Origin: Candidatus Woesearchaeota archaeon
GTDB taxonomy: Archaea; Nanobdellota; Nanobdellia; Pacearchaeales; GW2011-AR1
Reading direction: 5' to 3'
DNA: 64,000 nucleotides
Assembly: GCA_964603295.1 (NCBI GenBank)
Contig: CAZRUG010000001.1
Location: forward strand, 53,210 to 117,209
The number at the start of each line of letters is the position of its first letter. The first letter of the stretch is position 1. Made by a program: the position numbers and the translations under genes. Below the pieces are notes generated by a model. The model saw only the letters and a list, made by a program, of their open reading frames with translations. It ran no database searches and had not been told where the DNA came from. Positions 1-8,665 of this stretch are shown here, in pieces.

Positions 1-754
1 AGTCAATAACATTATCCATTTCTTCAATAGTGAAACTTCCTTCATTACTCTTTTGCATTGAAGAGATTACTTCATTTAAACTTCCAATAACAACTCTTGC
101 CTCACTAACATCTTCTTCTTCCCGAGTAGGATCTAATACTAAAGTATCCCCAATTTTATGAACTGAAAGAGAAATTAATGGTTTATCTGAAATTGGCAAT
201 TTGTCTTCGGTAAATTCTCCATAAAGAACTTTTTCTTTTTCAGCGTCATATTTTGGAAATCGCGCACTTTTCAAAGCAGCAACAGCGCCAATTGCAGCAG
301 CATCAATTAAATTTCCATCATCATTTATTGCATAAATATCTACAAAAAGAGTCCAAACTTTTTCACCTTCAACAATACATAATTTTTGAAAATCAATTAA
401 TCCACTTTCTCTTAAACCTCTATCAATAACTCTTCCTAATTCAATTGCTTCAAAACTTGGAGGCCCTGATTCAAATCTTGGAGAACTTAAAGGTAATAGT
501 TCTGCAGTTGTCATTAAGTTTCCTTTATCTTGAGAATCTGGATAAGGAGTTCCAACGTCTAATTTAACTCCAACAAGAACTTCTGTTTTTCCAAGTCTAA
601 CTCTTACAGAACCTTCTGCTTTTTTTGAAATTCCAAATTCTAATTCAAGGTTTCTAAATTCTTCTGGTTTTCTGCCATCAAATCTTTTTCCTTCTTTAAG
701 ATATTGCCTAATTCTATCTGCAGTAATATTTGGTGTTTGAATCATTTCACTCAT
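1..754 (-). CDS. rrp42: Exosome complex component Rrp42 (RNase PH-like, non-catalytic); C-terminal end runs off window start
   Basis: Manual minus-strand translation from ATG at 754 gives MSEMIQTPNITADRIRQYLKEGKRFDGRKPEEFRNLELEFGISKKAEGSV..., RNase PH fold; sits directly downstream of rrp41 in conserved operon order. Confidence 0.75.
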   Translation of the reverse strand, partial: MSEMIQTPNITADRIRQYLKEGKRFDGRKPEEFRNLELEFGISKKAEGSVRVRLGKTEVLVGVKLDVGTPYPDSQDKGNLMTTAELLPLSSPRFESGPPSFEAIELGRVIDRGLRESGLIDFQKLCIVEGEKVWTLFVDIYAINDDGNLIDAAAIGAVAALKSARFPKYDAEKEKVLYGEFTEDKLPISDKPLISLSVHKIGDTLVLDPTREEEDVSEARVVIGSLNEVISSMQKSNEGSFTIEEMDNVID

Positions 755-1448
755 TTTGTCCAACCTCCTTAAGAGCTTTTTTCTGAATTTCATAAATTTC
801 CTTAAGAGCTTTTTGTCCCATTTTAATTGCTTCTTTTAATTGCTTGCTTGAAATTTTTCCATCCAATTGAATATGAGTAACTTCTTCTAAATTTAACATT
901 GAAATAGGAATATCTGTTGGACCTTCGCCTTCTTCAAAATCTTCCTCAGCCTTTGTTAAATCAACAACAATTGTCTTGTCTAATTTTCCAACTGAAATAC
1001 TTGAAACCATTCCCTTCATTGGAATTCCTGCATGAGCTAAAGCCATTGCAGCAGCATTAATTGCAGCACAACGAGTTCCAGCATCTGCCTGAATAATATT
1101 TATGTGAACATCAATCACCATATTTGGATATCTTTTTAACATTAGCGAAGGAGCTAAAGCCCATTCAATAATTTTATTAATTTCAGTACTTCTTCTACTT
1201 GGTCCGGGTCTAATTCTATCTGTAACTGAAAAACTATTCATATTATAAGTGCATCTTAAAATTCCTGTTTCAGGATCTCTCTTATTTCGAGGATGAAGTT
1301 CTTTTGGACCATAAACAGCAGCAATTGCAATTGTATCTCCTGTCTTAAACATTGCACTCCCATCTGCATTTGGAACAACACCAACCTTTGCAGCAGCAGG
1401 TCTAATTTCACCTACTTTTCTTCCATCTGGTCTTTTAAATTCTGCCAT
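747..1448 (-). CDS. rrp41: Exosome complex exonuclease Rrp41 (RNase PH family, catalytic subunit)
   Basis: 233 aa; RNase PH motifs (DGR...R, TGDTIAIAAVYGP, ADAGTRCAAINAA); synteny rrp4-rrp41-rrp42. Confidence 0.9.
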   Translation of the reverse strand: MAEFKRPDGRKVGEIRPAAAKVGVVPNADGSAMFKTGDTIAIAAVYGPKELHPRNKRDPETGILRCTYNMNSFSVTDRIRPGPSRRSTEINKIIEWALAPSLMLKRYPNMVIDVHINIIQADAGTRCAAINAAAMALAHAGIPMKGMVSSISVGKLDKTIVVDLTKAEEDFEEGEGPTDIPISMLNLEEVTHIQLDGKISSKQLKEAIKMGQKALKEIYEIQKKALKEVGQNE

Positions 1449-1449
1449 T

Positions 1450-2121
1450 TTATTTTTTATTCTCCTTAAACCATTTAGTTACTTCATCTGTTAAACCTGA
1501 AACAAATGATTTTTCTGAAACAAATTGAATTGCTTTTTTAGCTAAAAGTTCTTTGTCAATTGCATCTGCTTGAAGCCAAATCATTCCATTTTGCCCAACA
1601 GTAATATTACATCCAGTTTCATCTTTTATTAACTTAACCATACTTCCTTCTTTTCCAATAATTCTTGGAACCTTATTTGGATTAATTTTAGTAATAATTC
1701 CTTCCTCAATTTTTCCCAATCCTCTTCCTTTGATCGTCATATCAATTCCACGAGCATTAATTTCAGAAATCTTTGCAACAACCATATCCCCAATATCCAT
1801 TACTTCATCTAAAGCATTTTTGTTTACAAATTTTGGAACTTCTGTTAAAGGAATAAATCCATTATCTGCAGCACCAACATCAACAACCCATCCATTAAAA
1901 GTAAGCATCTCAACTTTTCCAATAATTACATTTCCTCTTCGAGGTTGATAAGTTCCAGAAAGTGGAATAACTTTTACAAGTTTGTTTGATTCTTCTGATA
2001 ATCCATATTTAATTGCAATAATATCTGAACCCTTTTTCTTAGTTCCTTCTCCAGGAAGATAATCATCGCCTGAAACAATAATCTCTCCAGGTATTACAAT
2101 TTGTCTTTTATTTTCTGTCAT
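1450..2121 (-). CDS. rrp4: Exosome complex RNA-binding subunit Rrp4 (S1 + KH domains)
   Basis: 223 aa; N-terminal VIPGE, S1-like and KH-like regions; position between sdo1 and rrp41. Confidence 0.85.
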   Translation of the reverse strand: MTENKRQIVIPGEIIVSGDDYLPGEGTKKKGSDIIAIKYGLSEESNKLVKVIPLSGTYQPRRGNVIIGKVEMLTFNGWVVDVGAADNGFIPLTEVPKFVNKNALDEVMDIGDMVVAKISEINARGIDMTIKGRGLGKIEEGIITKINPNKVPRIIGKEGSMVKLIKDETGCNITVGQNGMIWLQADAIDKELLAKKAIQFVSEKSFVSGLTDEVTKWFKENKK

Positions 2122-2164
2122 TTTCTATTAATTAATCAAAAACTTCCTTTAAAAAGTTATTGGG

Positions 2165-2839
2165 TTATTCCTCCCTAATTTCCTCTGTCACAGCACTCCC
2201 ATGTGTAACTGAATTTAATTCATCATAAAAGTCCATAATCAGACCAGCAGGCACACTAACAACTACTACCAAAGAACCATCATTTTGCCAATCTTCTTTT
2301 TCTTTATATTCATTAATAATTCCATAAACTCTTCCAGTATGTATTGCAGGAACAGTAATTTTAACTTTTTTAGTTTCTAATTTAATTGGAATCACTTTGG
2401 ACAATTGTTCTAAAATATTGCTAACTTGTTTTTCAATGGGAATATTTTTTAATTGAACATTTGCTTCATTTAAAGCATTTTTAATTCTCTCTGCAGAAAT
2501 AGGATTTTTTGTTTGAGGATCAATTGCATTTCTTGCTAAAAAATCAACAACTTGCTTAATCTTTTTCTCTTTCTCTTCATCTCTATAATCTTGGGTTGTT
2601 TGCACCTCACCATCTTTAACAATTTTTTCAACAACCTTTTGAACATCTGAAGTTCCAAATGAAGACTCTAATTCTCCTGAACCAGCAACATCTCCTTTTT
2701 TAATATCTGTAAAAATTTTATCTGTTTCAGCTTGAATAGATTCAGATTCTCCTTTTCTAAATTTCATAGCTTCTTCTAAATCAACCATAATCTCATAAAC
2801 TTTATTTCCTCTTCGTAATCTTGCTATTGTGTTTGTCAT
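2165..2839 (-). CDS. sdo1: Ribosome maturation protein Sdo1 (SBDS family)
   Basis: 224 aa with SBDS-like N-terminus (RLRRGNKVYEIMVD); 4-bp overlap with psmA stop; conserved superoperon position. Confidence 0.85.
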   Translation of the reverse strand: MTNTIARLRRGNKVYEIMVDLEEAMKFRKGESESIQAETDKIFTDIKKGDVAGSGELESSFGTSDVQKVVEKIVKDGEVQTTQDYRDEEKEKKIKQVVDFLARNAIDPQTKNPISAERIKNALNEANVQLKNIPIEKQVSNILEQLSKVIPIKLETKKVKITVPAIHTGRVYGIINEYKEKEDWQNDGSLVVVVSVPAGLIMDFYDELNSVTHGSAVTEEIREE

Positions 2840-3570
2840 TTCAATGCCTCAATTTCTTTTCCCTCAAGCCTTTTTAATCTTGGTTCTTTATTATCTTTTG
2901 GAACTTCAATATAAGCAAGTTCAAATTTATCAATATTAAAATTCTTTTCCTGAATTTCTTTAAAAATCTCTAAAGCAACTTTAACACCTTGTTTAATTGT
3001 TAAATCTTTTTTAAATTTCTCTCTTAACTTTTCTTTGATTTTATCATCGTTTTCTCCAATTGCATTTGCATAATATGAAAAATAATTTCCAGTAACATCA
3101 CTTACAAAAAGCATTGGTTTTTTACTATTTATTCCAGCAACCATCATTGCAACTCCAAAAGGTCGCGCACCACCATATTGTGTGAATTGCTGTTTCATAT
3201 TTGAAAGCTCTTTAATAATTGTCTCTGGTTCAATTGGAGAATCATAGGTAATTCTATGTTGTTGAGCAATAACTTGAGCTTTTTCAATTAAAACCCGTGT
3301 ATCTGCAGCAATTCCAGCTGAACTTGAAATAATATGATTATCAATTTCATGAACCTTTACAGAAGAAGCTGGAACAATAAGTTTATCTCTGATTCTTTTG
3401 TCAGCAATAATAAAAACACCATCTGAACAAACAATACCAATACTCGCGCTACCTAAACGCACTGTTTTTTCAGCATATTCTACCTGAAGCAAATGACCTT
3501 CTGGCGAAAACATTGTCGCAGTTCTGTCATAGCCCATTGCTTGATGTTGCATATCCATTGGCATATCCAT
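2836..3570 (-). CDS. psmA: Proteasome alpha subunit
   Basis: 244 aa; alpha-subunit N-terminal signature YDRTATMFSPEGHLLQVEYA. Confidence 0.9.
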   Translation of the reverse strand: MDMPMDMQHQAMGYDRTATMFSPEGHLLQVEYAEKTVRLGSASIGIVCSDGVFIIADKRIRDKLIVPASSVKVHEIDNHIISSSAGIAADTRVLIEKAQVIAQQHRITYDSPIEPETIIKELSNMKQQFTQYGGARPFGVAMMVAGINSKKPMLFVSDVTGNYFSYYANAIGENDDKIKEKLREKFKKDLTIKQGVKVALEIFKEIQEKNFNIDKFELAYIEVPKDNKEPRLKRLEGKEIEALK

Positions 3571-3662
3571 GTTATAATCCTGAGAAGTTAATAATATGTA
3601 AAGCTCTTCTCTATTTTCTTTCCAAAATTAAAGTATCAAGAAGTTTATAAATTTTTTGGGCT
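3466..3662. repeat. Copy 1 of ~190-bp direct repeat (psmA 5' coding end plus upstream promoter region)
   Basis: Near-identical to 4112-4297, apart from an 11-bp indel and a few mismatches. Confidence 0.9.
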
Positions 3663-4049
3663 ATCAGAACAAGCACCAGCTGTTTGATCAATTCTTAAAT
3701 CCAATAATCCTTGTCTTGCAGCATCATGTTCTACTAAAAATAAATCTCTTTCGGGAGCTTCTTTTTTGAAAATTCCATATCTTCCACAAACTGATTGAGC
3801 AAAAGAACCCGCACCAACAACTATTGCGGTCAATGTAACTGCTCCCTGAATAATATAAGGGCCCCAACCATTCATTTGATCAGCAGGAATCGAATAACCA
3901 ACTCCATGAGTAATTCCATCAAGACCAATTGCAAGACCTGCTCCTAAAAGCCCCCCAGCAATAATATAAAACTCATCACTTAATTTTCTTTCTTTAGAAT
4001 TAATCCTAGATAAAATATAAGGATTTCCATGAGGATTTTTTAAACTCAT
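3645..4049 (-). CDS. Hypothetical small Gly-rich membrane protein (inserted cargo between the psmA repeat copies)
   Basis: 134-aa ORF; hydrophobic, Gly-rich segments (IIAGGLLGAGLAIGLDGI, TLTAIVVGAGSFA); no recognisable family. Confidence 0.45.
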   Translation of the reverse strand: MSLKNPHGNPYILSRINSKERKLSDEFYIIAGGLLGAGLAIGLDGITHGVGYSIPADQMNGWGPYIIQGAVTLTAIVVGAGSFAQSVCGRYGIFKKEAPERDLFLVEHDAARQGLLDLRIDQTAGACSDSPKNL

Positions 4050-4111
4050 TAATATTTTAAGTGTTTTAAACTTTAAATATTTTTTTATTTTGAACTTTTT
4101 TGGTTTTTTAC

Positions 4112-4297
4112 TTTTTCAGCATATTCTACCTGAAGCAAATGACCTTCTGGCGAAAACATTGTCGCAGTTCTGTCATAGCCCATTGCTTGATGTTGCATAT
4201 CCATGTTATAATCCTGAGAAGTTAATAATATGTAAATCTCTTTTCTATTTTCTTTCCAAAATTAAAGTATCAAGAAGTTTATAAATTTTTTGGACTA
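4112..4297. repeat. Copy 2 of the psmA 5'-end/promoter direct repeat; holds a truncated psmA N-terminal remnant (MDMQHQAMGYDRTATMFSPEGHLLQVEYAEK) on the minus strand
   Basis: Direct sequence comparison with 3466-3662; the remnant ORF stops shortly after the repeat ends. Confidence 0.9.
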
Positions 4298-4726
4298 TTT
4301 TGTATCATAACCAGAAACATCACAACAGCAATCTTGTGCCCGAATATATGTTCCCAAGGCATTATTATAAGAATTAATTAATTCTGCTCTCTTTAGTTCC
4401 CTTTTCATAGAAGCTTCTGCCCTATCAACCTGCAGGTTTAATCTTTCTTCATTAGGGTGATCTATTTCAAATTTCCTCCCAACACTTCCCATATCAATGA
4501 CTTCTCGAATAAAAAGAGGCTCTTCTTTTATTTTTTCATTTAAATTATTTATTTTGGAAGTATAATCTTCTATTCTTTCTTCAGATTTACCTGCTTCTTC
4601 CCTCTGATTTTGATAATCCATTTCTAATTGAGCACAATCACAATCTCCTGCAACAGCATAATTTGGAAATAAACTTGCCACTGCAATTAATCCTGCACCA
4701 ATAAGACTTGTTAATTTTTTAGCCAT
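4295..4726 (-). CDS. Hypothetical secreted/membrane-anchored Cys-containing coiled-coil protein
   Basis: 143 aa; N-terminal hydrophobic signal-like segment (LTSLIGAGLIAVASLF), CDC and CCC motifs, charged coiled-coil middle. Confidence 0.5.
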   Translation of the reverse strand: MAKKLTSLIGAGLIAVASLFPNYAVAGDCDCAQLEMDYQNQREEAGKSEERIEDYTSKINNLNEKIKEEPLFIREVIDMGSVGRKFEIDHPNEERLNLQVDRAEASMKRELKRAELINSYNNALGTYIRAQDCCCDVSGYDTK

Positions 4727-4787
4727 AGTTTGTTCAAAAGAAATTGGTTTTATAAACCTTTCTATTTTGTAACCACTTTAAAGTTAC

Positions 4788-4829
4788 TTAATCCCAAGAC
4801 CCTTCAATGTTCCAGAAACTTTTTCAACA
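4788..4829. repeat. Diverged duplicate of the pop5 3' coding end (26-nt identical core 4804-4829)
   Basis: Matches 5578-5619. Minus-strand translation gives ...VEKVSGTLKGLGI*, versus VEKVSGTLRGLGMKNGN* in pop5. Confidence 0.8.
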
Positions 4830-4975
4830 ATTTACAATATTTTTTTGTTGTTCACTCCACTCAGAATTCTTTGTCTTTTTCACCCATTTAGCATATTTTT
4901 TTATAAATTCTAATCTATCCTTAAAATTTTCTTGTTTTTGTCTTTCAAGTTCTTCAAGATCTATGTTTGGCAATT

Positions 4976-5575
4976 TCATTTTATATATTTATTAAAACTC
5001 TCTTCTATATTAAGTTTGCTATTAAATTCATTAAGCACCCCTTTATCAAGATTTTCCTCAAATAATTCATATAAATATCTTGCATCTTCAATGTCCTTTT
5101 CACTCCCAAGAAATAGCTTAAATGAAATCTGTAATTCTATTTTAGAAATTGTTAGATCTTGATTATTAACTAATACTTTTTGATTATTCTCTAATGTCCA
5201 TTTGTCAAGGTCTGTCTTTGGAAATTTAAACTCCATGTTAGGAACAAATTTATTTTTTAAAGAAAATCTAATTGAATGATTTGTAAGTAAATAATCTTCA
5301 TAAGCATCTTTAATATTCTCTGTGTTAAGGCATTCAAATTTTTTATAAAGTTCCAGCCATAATTCATTGAACTTTTCAAAACTTATTTTCTCCACAATTA
5401 AATCAATATCCTCTGAGGACCTGTTTCTTCCAAACAAGATTGAAACATATCCCGAAACTACAACATATTTTATTTCCAATCTATTCATAACATCACAAAA
5501 TTCAAAAGTAAATTTATCTAATTCATTAAATTCTTTTTCAAATTCTATTCTTTCTTTAGAAAATTTAATTTCCAT
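4976..5575 (-). CDS. Nucleotidyltransferase-fold domain protein (minimal NTase family; function unknown)
   Basis: 199 aa; hG[GS]x9-13DhD NTase motif in SGYVSILFGRNRSSEDIDLIV; sits between the pop5-end repeats. Confidence 0.5.
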   Translation of the reverse strand: MEIKFSKERIEFEKEFNELDKFTFEFCDVMNRLEIKYVVVSGYVSILFGRNRSSEDIDLIVEKISFEKFNELWLELYKKFECLNTENIKDAYEDYLLTNHSIRFSLKNKFVPNMEFKFPKTDLDKWTLENNQKVLVNNQDLTISKIELQISFKLFLGSEKDIEDARYLYELFEENLDKGVLNEFNSKLNIEESFNKYIK

Positions 5576-5846
5576 TTTTCATTCCCAGCCCCCTCAATGT
5601 TCCAGAAACTTTTTCAACAGAAATTTTTTTATCCCAAACAGCAAATGAAGCCCGAACATGATTTAAGGATTCTCGATTAACTCCAATCACAGCAGAATCC
5701 TTGTTTTTCTTAACCCAAATCAAGCCAATCTTTGACATTCCAAGAACACCAATAAAATCTTGAATTGCTTTTTGAATTTCATTAATAGAACCTTTAACTA
5801 AAAGATATCTCTTGTGTTCTCTCATTGATGGTTTAAGTGGTTTCAT
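5565..5846 (-). CDS. rnp2: RNase P protein component 2 (Pop5/Rpp14 family)
   Basis: 93 aa; Pop5-like N-terminus MKPLKPSMREHKRYLLVK and ...TLRGLG C-terminus; expected gene upstream of psmA in the archaeal superoperon. Confidence 0.65.
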   Translation of the reverse strand: MKPLKPSMREHKRYLLVKGSINEIQKAIQDFIGVLGMSKIGLIWVKKNKDSAVIGVNRESLNHVRASFAVWDKKISVEKVSGTLRGLGMKNGN

Positions 5847-5853
5847 AAAATAA

Positions 5854-6231
5854 TTAATAAAATCCAGAATAAAAAGGTTTTGAATCTTCTTTATTTGGAA
5901 TCCAATCTTTATACTTATCTAAAACCCCCCCAATATCTGTTTTAATATAAGCATTCAAAAATTCTTCATTATAATATTTATTTATCTTCTTAATTAAATC
6001 AATTAATTCTAAATCACTTAGTTTTTCTAAAATACTTTTTATAATATCTTCATCAAAACCAGAAAAAACTCTCAAGGAGTCAATATCATTCAGACCCTCA
6101 TTTACAGCCCATAAAATATCAAATTCTTTTTTATTTAATTCCATATCTATATATGAAAACATTATTAAATAAGTTTTTCCAATTAAATTTATAAAAGAAG
6201 GTGAAAAATAGTTATATGGAAGTTTGCACAA
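5854..6231 (-). CDS. Hypothetical protein (true start may be the internal MELNKKEF at about 6144)
   Basis: 125-aa ORF; no recognisable motifs. Confidence 0.35.
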   Translation of the reverse strand: MCKLPYNYFSPSFINLIGKTYLIMFSYIDMELNKKEFDILWAVNEGLNDIDSLRVFSGFDEDIIKSILEKLSDLELIDLIKKINKYYNEEFLNAYIKTDIGGVLDKYKDWIPNKEDSKPFYSGFY

Positions 6232-7556
6232 TTGGTGGATATGAAGAAGTAGGAAAAAATATGACTGCTGTTAAGGTCGGAGAAGATGTTGTTATTTTTG
6301 ATGCAGGAGTTTTTTTACCTGGAGTAATAGAACTTCAAGAAGATGCAACATTAGATTATTCTGAAAAACATTTACGAGCAAAAAAAGCAATTCCCGACGA
6401 TTTAGTTTTAGATAAAATCAGTTGGTCAGACAAAGTCAGAGCAATTGTAATCTCCCACGCACATTTAGATCATGTTGGAGCAGTTCCATATATTGCAAAA
6501 AGATATCCTCGAGCAACAATCTATGGTTCACCATTTACAATTGCTGTTTTAGAAGCTTTAGTTAAAGATGGAAAAGTTTCTGTAAAAAACAAAATTCAAA
6601 AAATCAAACCAAATTCAACAATAACAATTCAAGGAAAATCAGATAAGATAAAAATAGAATTTGTTCACACAACACACTCAACTTTGCAATGCGTCTTTCC
6701 AGTATGGCACACTAAAGAAGGTTCTTTCTTTTATGCTTTAGATTTTAAATTTGACGACTATCCAACCTTGGGCAATCCACCAAATTATAAAAGAATGAGA
6801 GAAATTGGAAAAAAAGGAGTTCATGTTTTAGCAGTTGATGCACTTTATTCAGGAACAGAAAAAAGACCCGGAGGAGAGAAAATTGCTCAGCATCTTTTAG
6901 AAGAAGCATTTGCAACAACAAGAGGAAAAGACTCTGCATTATTTGTAACAACTTTTGCTTCACATATTGAAAGATTAAACAATATTGTAAAAATTGGAAA
7001 AAGAACTGGAAGAGAAATAGTTTTCCTCGGAAGAAGCATGGCAAAATATGTTAATGCAGCTAAAGAAGTTGGCAAATGTCCTTTTCATAGAGATGTAAAA
7101 ATACTTTCTTATAAAAAACAAGCAAATGCATTTTTAAGGAAAGTTGAAAAAAATCGTGGAAGATATTTAGTTGTTTGCACAGGTCATCAAGCAGAAGAAG
7201 GCTCGATTTTAGATAGGATTGCTCGAGGAGAAACTCCTTTTAGATTTAAGCAAGGTGATAACTTAATTTTTTCTTCAAGTGTAATTCCAGCACCAGTAAA
7301 TATTGTTGCTCGTGAAAAAATGGACAAGAAATTAAGAAACATGGGAGTTAGATTGCAAACAGATATTCATGTTCACGGACATGGAAGCAGAGAAGGTTTA
7401 AGACAATTAATTGAAATCACAAAACCCAAACACATAATTCCTGCACACGGTTCTTTAGAACAAGAAGCACCAATGATTGATTTAGCAAAAGAATTTGGTT
7501 ACAAATTTGGAGAAACTTCTCATTTAACAAATAATGGAAAGCTTTTGAAATTATAG
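6201..7556 (+). CDS. rnj: Archaeal RNase J-like metallo-beta-lactamase/beta-CASP ribonuclease
   Basis: 451 aa; MBL motif ISHAHLDHVGAVPY, beta-CASP region, C-terminal HGHGS; size typical of aRNase J. Confidence 0.8.
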   Translation: MKNSYMEVCTIGGYEEVGKNMTAVKVGEDVVIFDAGVFLPGVIELQEDATLDYSEKHLRAKKAIPDDLVLDKISWSDKVRAIVISHAHLDHVGAVPYIAKRYPRATIYGSPFTIAVLEALVKDGKVSVKNKIQKIKPNSTITIQGKSDKIKIEFVHTTHSTLQCVFPVWHTKEGSFFYALDFKFDDYPTLGNPPNYKRMREIGKKGVHVLAVDALYSGTEKRPGGEKIAQHLLEEAFATTRGKDSALFVTTFASHIERLNNIVKIGKRTGREIVFLGRSMAKYVNAAKEVGKCPFHRDVKILSYKKQANAFLRKVEKNRGRYLVVCTGHQAEEGSILDRIARGETPFRFKQGDNLIFSSSVIPAPVNIVAREKMDKKLRNMGVRLQTDIHVHGHGSREGLRQLIEITKPKHIIPAHGSLEQEAPMIDLAKEFGYKFGETSHLTNNGKLLKL

Positions 7557-7583
7557 TTACTCCAAAATAGCAACCTTTTTAAA

Positions 7584-8111
7584 TTGAATTTCTTCTACAA
7601 CCTAATGAAAAAATTAGATTATCAAGGTATTTTAGATTTATTGGAGAAAGAATATGGTTGCGAAGTAATTTCTCCCAAAAACAGACAGGTTCCTAAAATA
7701 GACCCAAAATATGTTTCAGGAGAATTAGAAACATTTGTATTAGAAGAATTAGTTAATAAAATTGAAAATGGAGTTATTATTAAAGATAAATTTAAAGAAC
7801 ATAGACAAAGACGTAATTTCCTTGAAACATTTGGAAGAGAGTATGATGGTTTAAAAAGAAATGTGAGGCAATTTTCAATCCTGGGCTTAACTTATCTTCT
7901 GTCCTGTCTTCAAGGAATTGAATTATTAGCTGATTCATTAACTGAAAAAGGTTATGAAACTAAAGCAGAACTTGTTCGAGAAATAAGAGGCCTTGTTGGA
8001 GGACCAATAGATAATCATAAATACGATGGTTTTTCACTGGAAGAAAAAATTAATTATGCAGAACTTGTTCGTGACGGAGTTCATGCAGTTTTTAGAGAAT
8101 TATCAAGATAA
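7584..8111 (+). CDS. Hypothetical protein
   Basis: 175-aa ORF; no recognised motifs. Confidence 0.4.
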   Translation: MNFFYNLMKKLDYQGILDLLEKEYGCEVISPKNRQVPKIDPKYVSGELETFVLEELVNKIENGVIIKDKFKEHRQRRNFLETFGREYDGLKRNVRQFSILGLTYLLSCLQGIELLADSLTEKGYETKAELVREIRGLVGGPIDNHKYDGFSLEEKINYAELVRDGVHAVFRELSR

Positions 8112-8152
8112 AAACTATTTTAAACTCCAATTTCTTAATAATTTAAATAAAG

Positions 8153-8665
8153 ATGGTGAGGCAAGATATTCTAGGTGGCTTAAGAGTTGCAATGCAATCA
8201 GGAGACTCTTTGCGAGATGCAATGATGAGTTTTTATTTAGCAGGTTATCAAAAACAAGATATTGAAGAAGCTGCGCGAGCATTACAACAACAAGGAGGGA
8301 TTCAAGCAATTCAAACTTCAAATAAAAAACAAGAAGAAAACAAACATGAACAAAAAAATCTAGTTCAAGAAATGAAGAAATTAGATAGTAAAACTTCTTT
8401 AAAAAAATTTACTCCATTAAAACAAAATAAAATTGAGATTAAAAATCTTCAAAATAAAAAACCTGAAATAAAACAAAAAGTTTCTTCTTATGGAGAAAAT
8501 AAAACAACTTCAAAAAATAAATTTTCTTATAAACCAAATTCAAAGAAAGATAAAGTTGTAATAGTTTTACTTATTGTTCTTGGGATTATTCTTCTTGGTT
8601 TAATTGGAATTTTCTTTTTATATAAACCTGCTATTATTGAGTTTTTCAATAAATTAATGCCATGA
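8153..8665 (+). CDS. Hypothetical protein with Lys-rich linker and C-terminal transmembrane anchor
   Basis: 170 aa; C-terminal VVIVLLIVLGIILLGLIGIFFLY hydrophobic helix. Confidence 0.45.
   Translation: MVRQDILGGLRVAMQSGDSLRDAMMSFYLAGYQKQDIEEAARALQQQGGIQAIQTSNKKQEENKHEQKNLVQEMKKLDSKTSLKKFTPLKQNKIEIKNLQNKKPEIKQKVSSYGENKTTSKNKFSYKPNSKKDKVVIVLLIVLGIILLGLIGIFFLYKPAIIEFFNKLMP

Noticed and set aside
4090-4284. 64-aa plus-strand ORF
   Set aside because: It lies entirely within the duplicated psmA 5'/promoter repeat, on the strand opposite the psmA remnant. It is a spurious reading frame.
6745-7075. Minus-strand ORFs (99 and 62 aa) inside the RNase J gene
   Set aside because: Antisense to a well-supported CDS; Leu/Phe-rich translation typical of AT-rich antisense frames.
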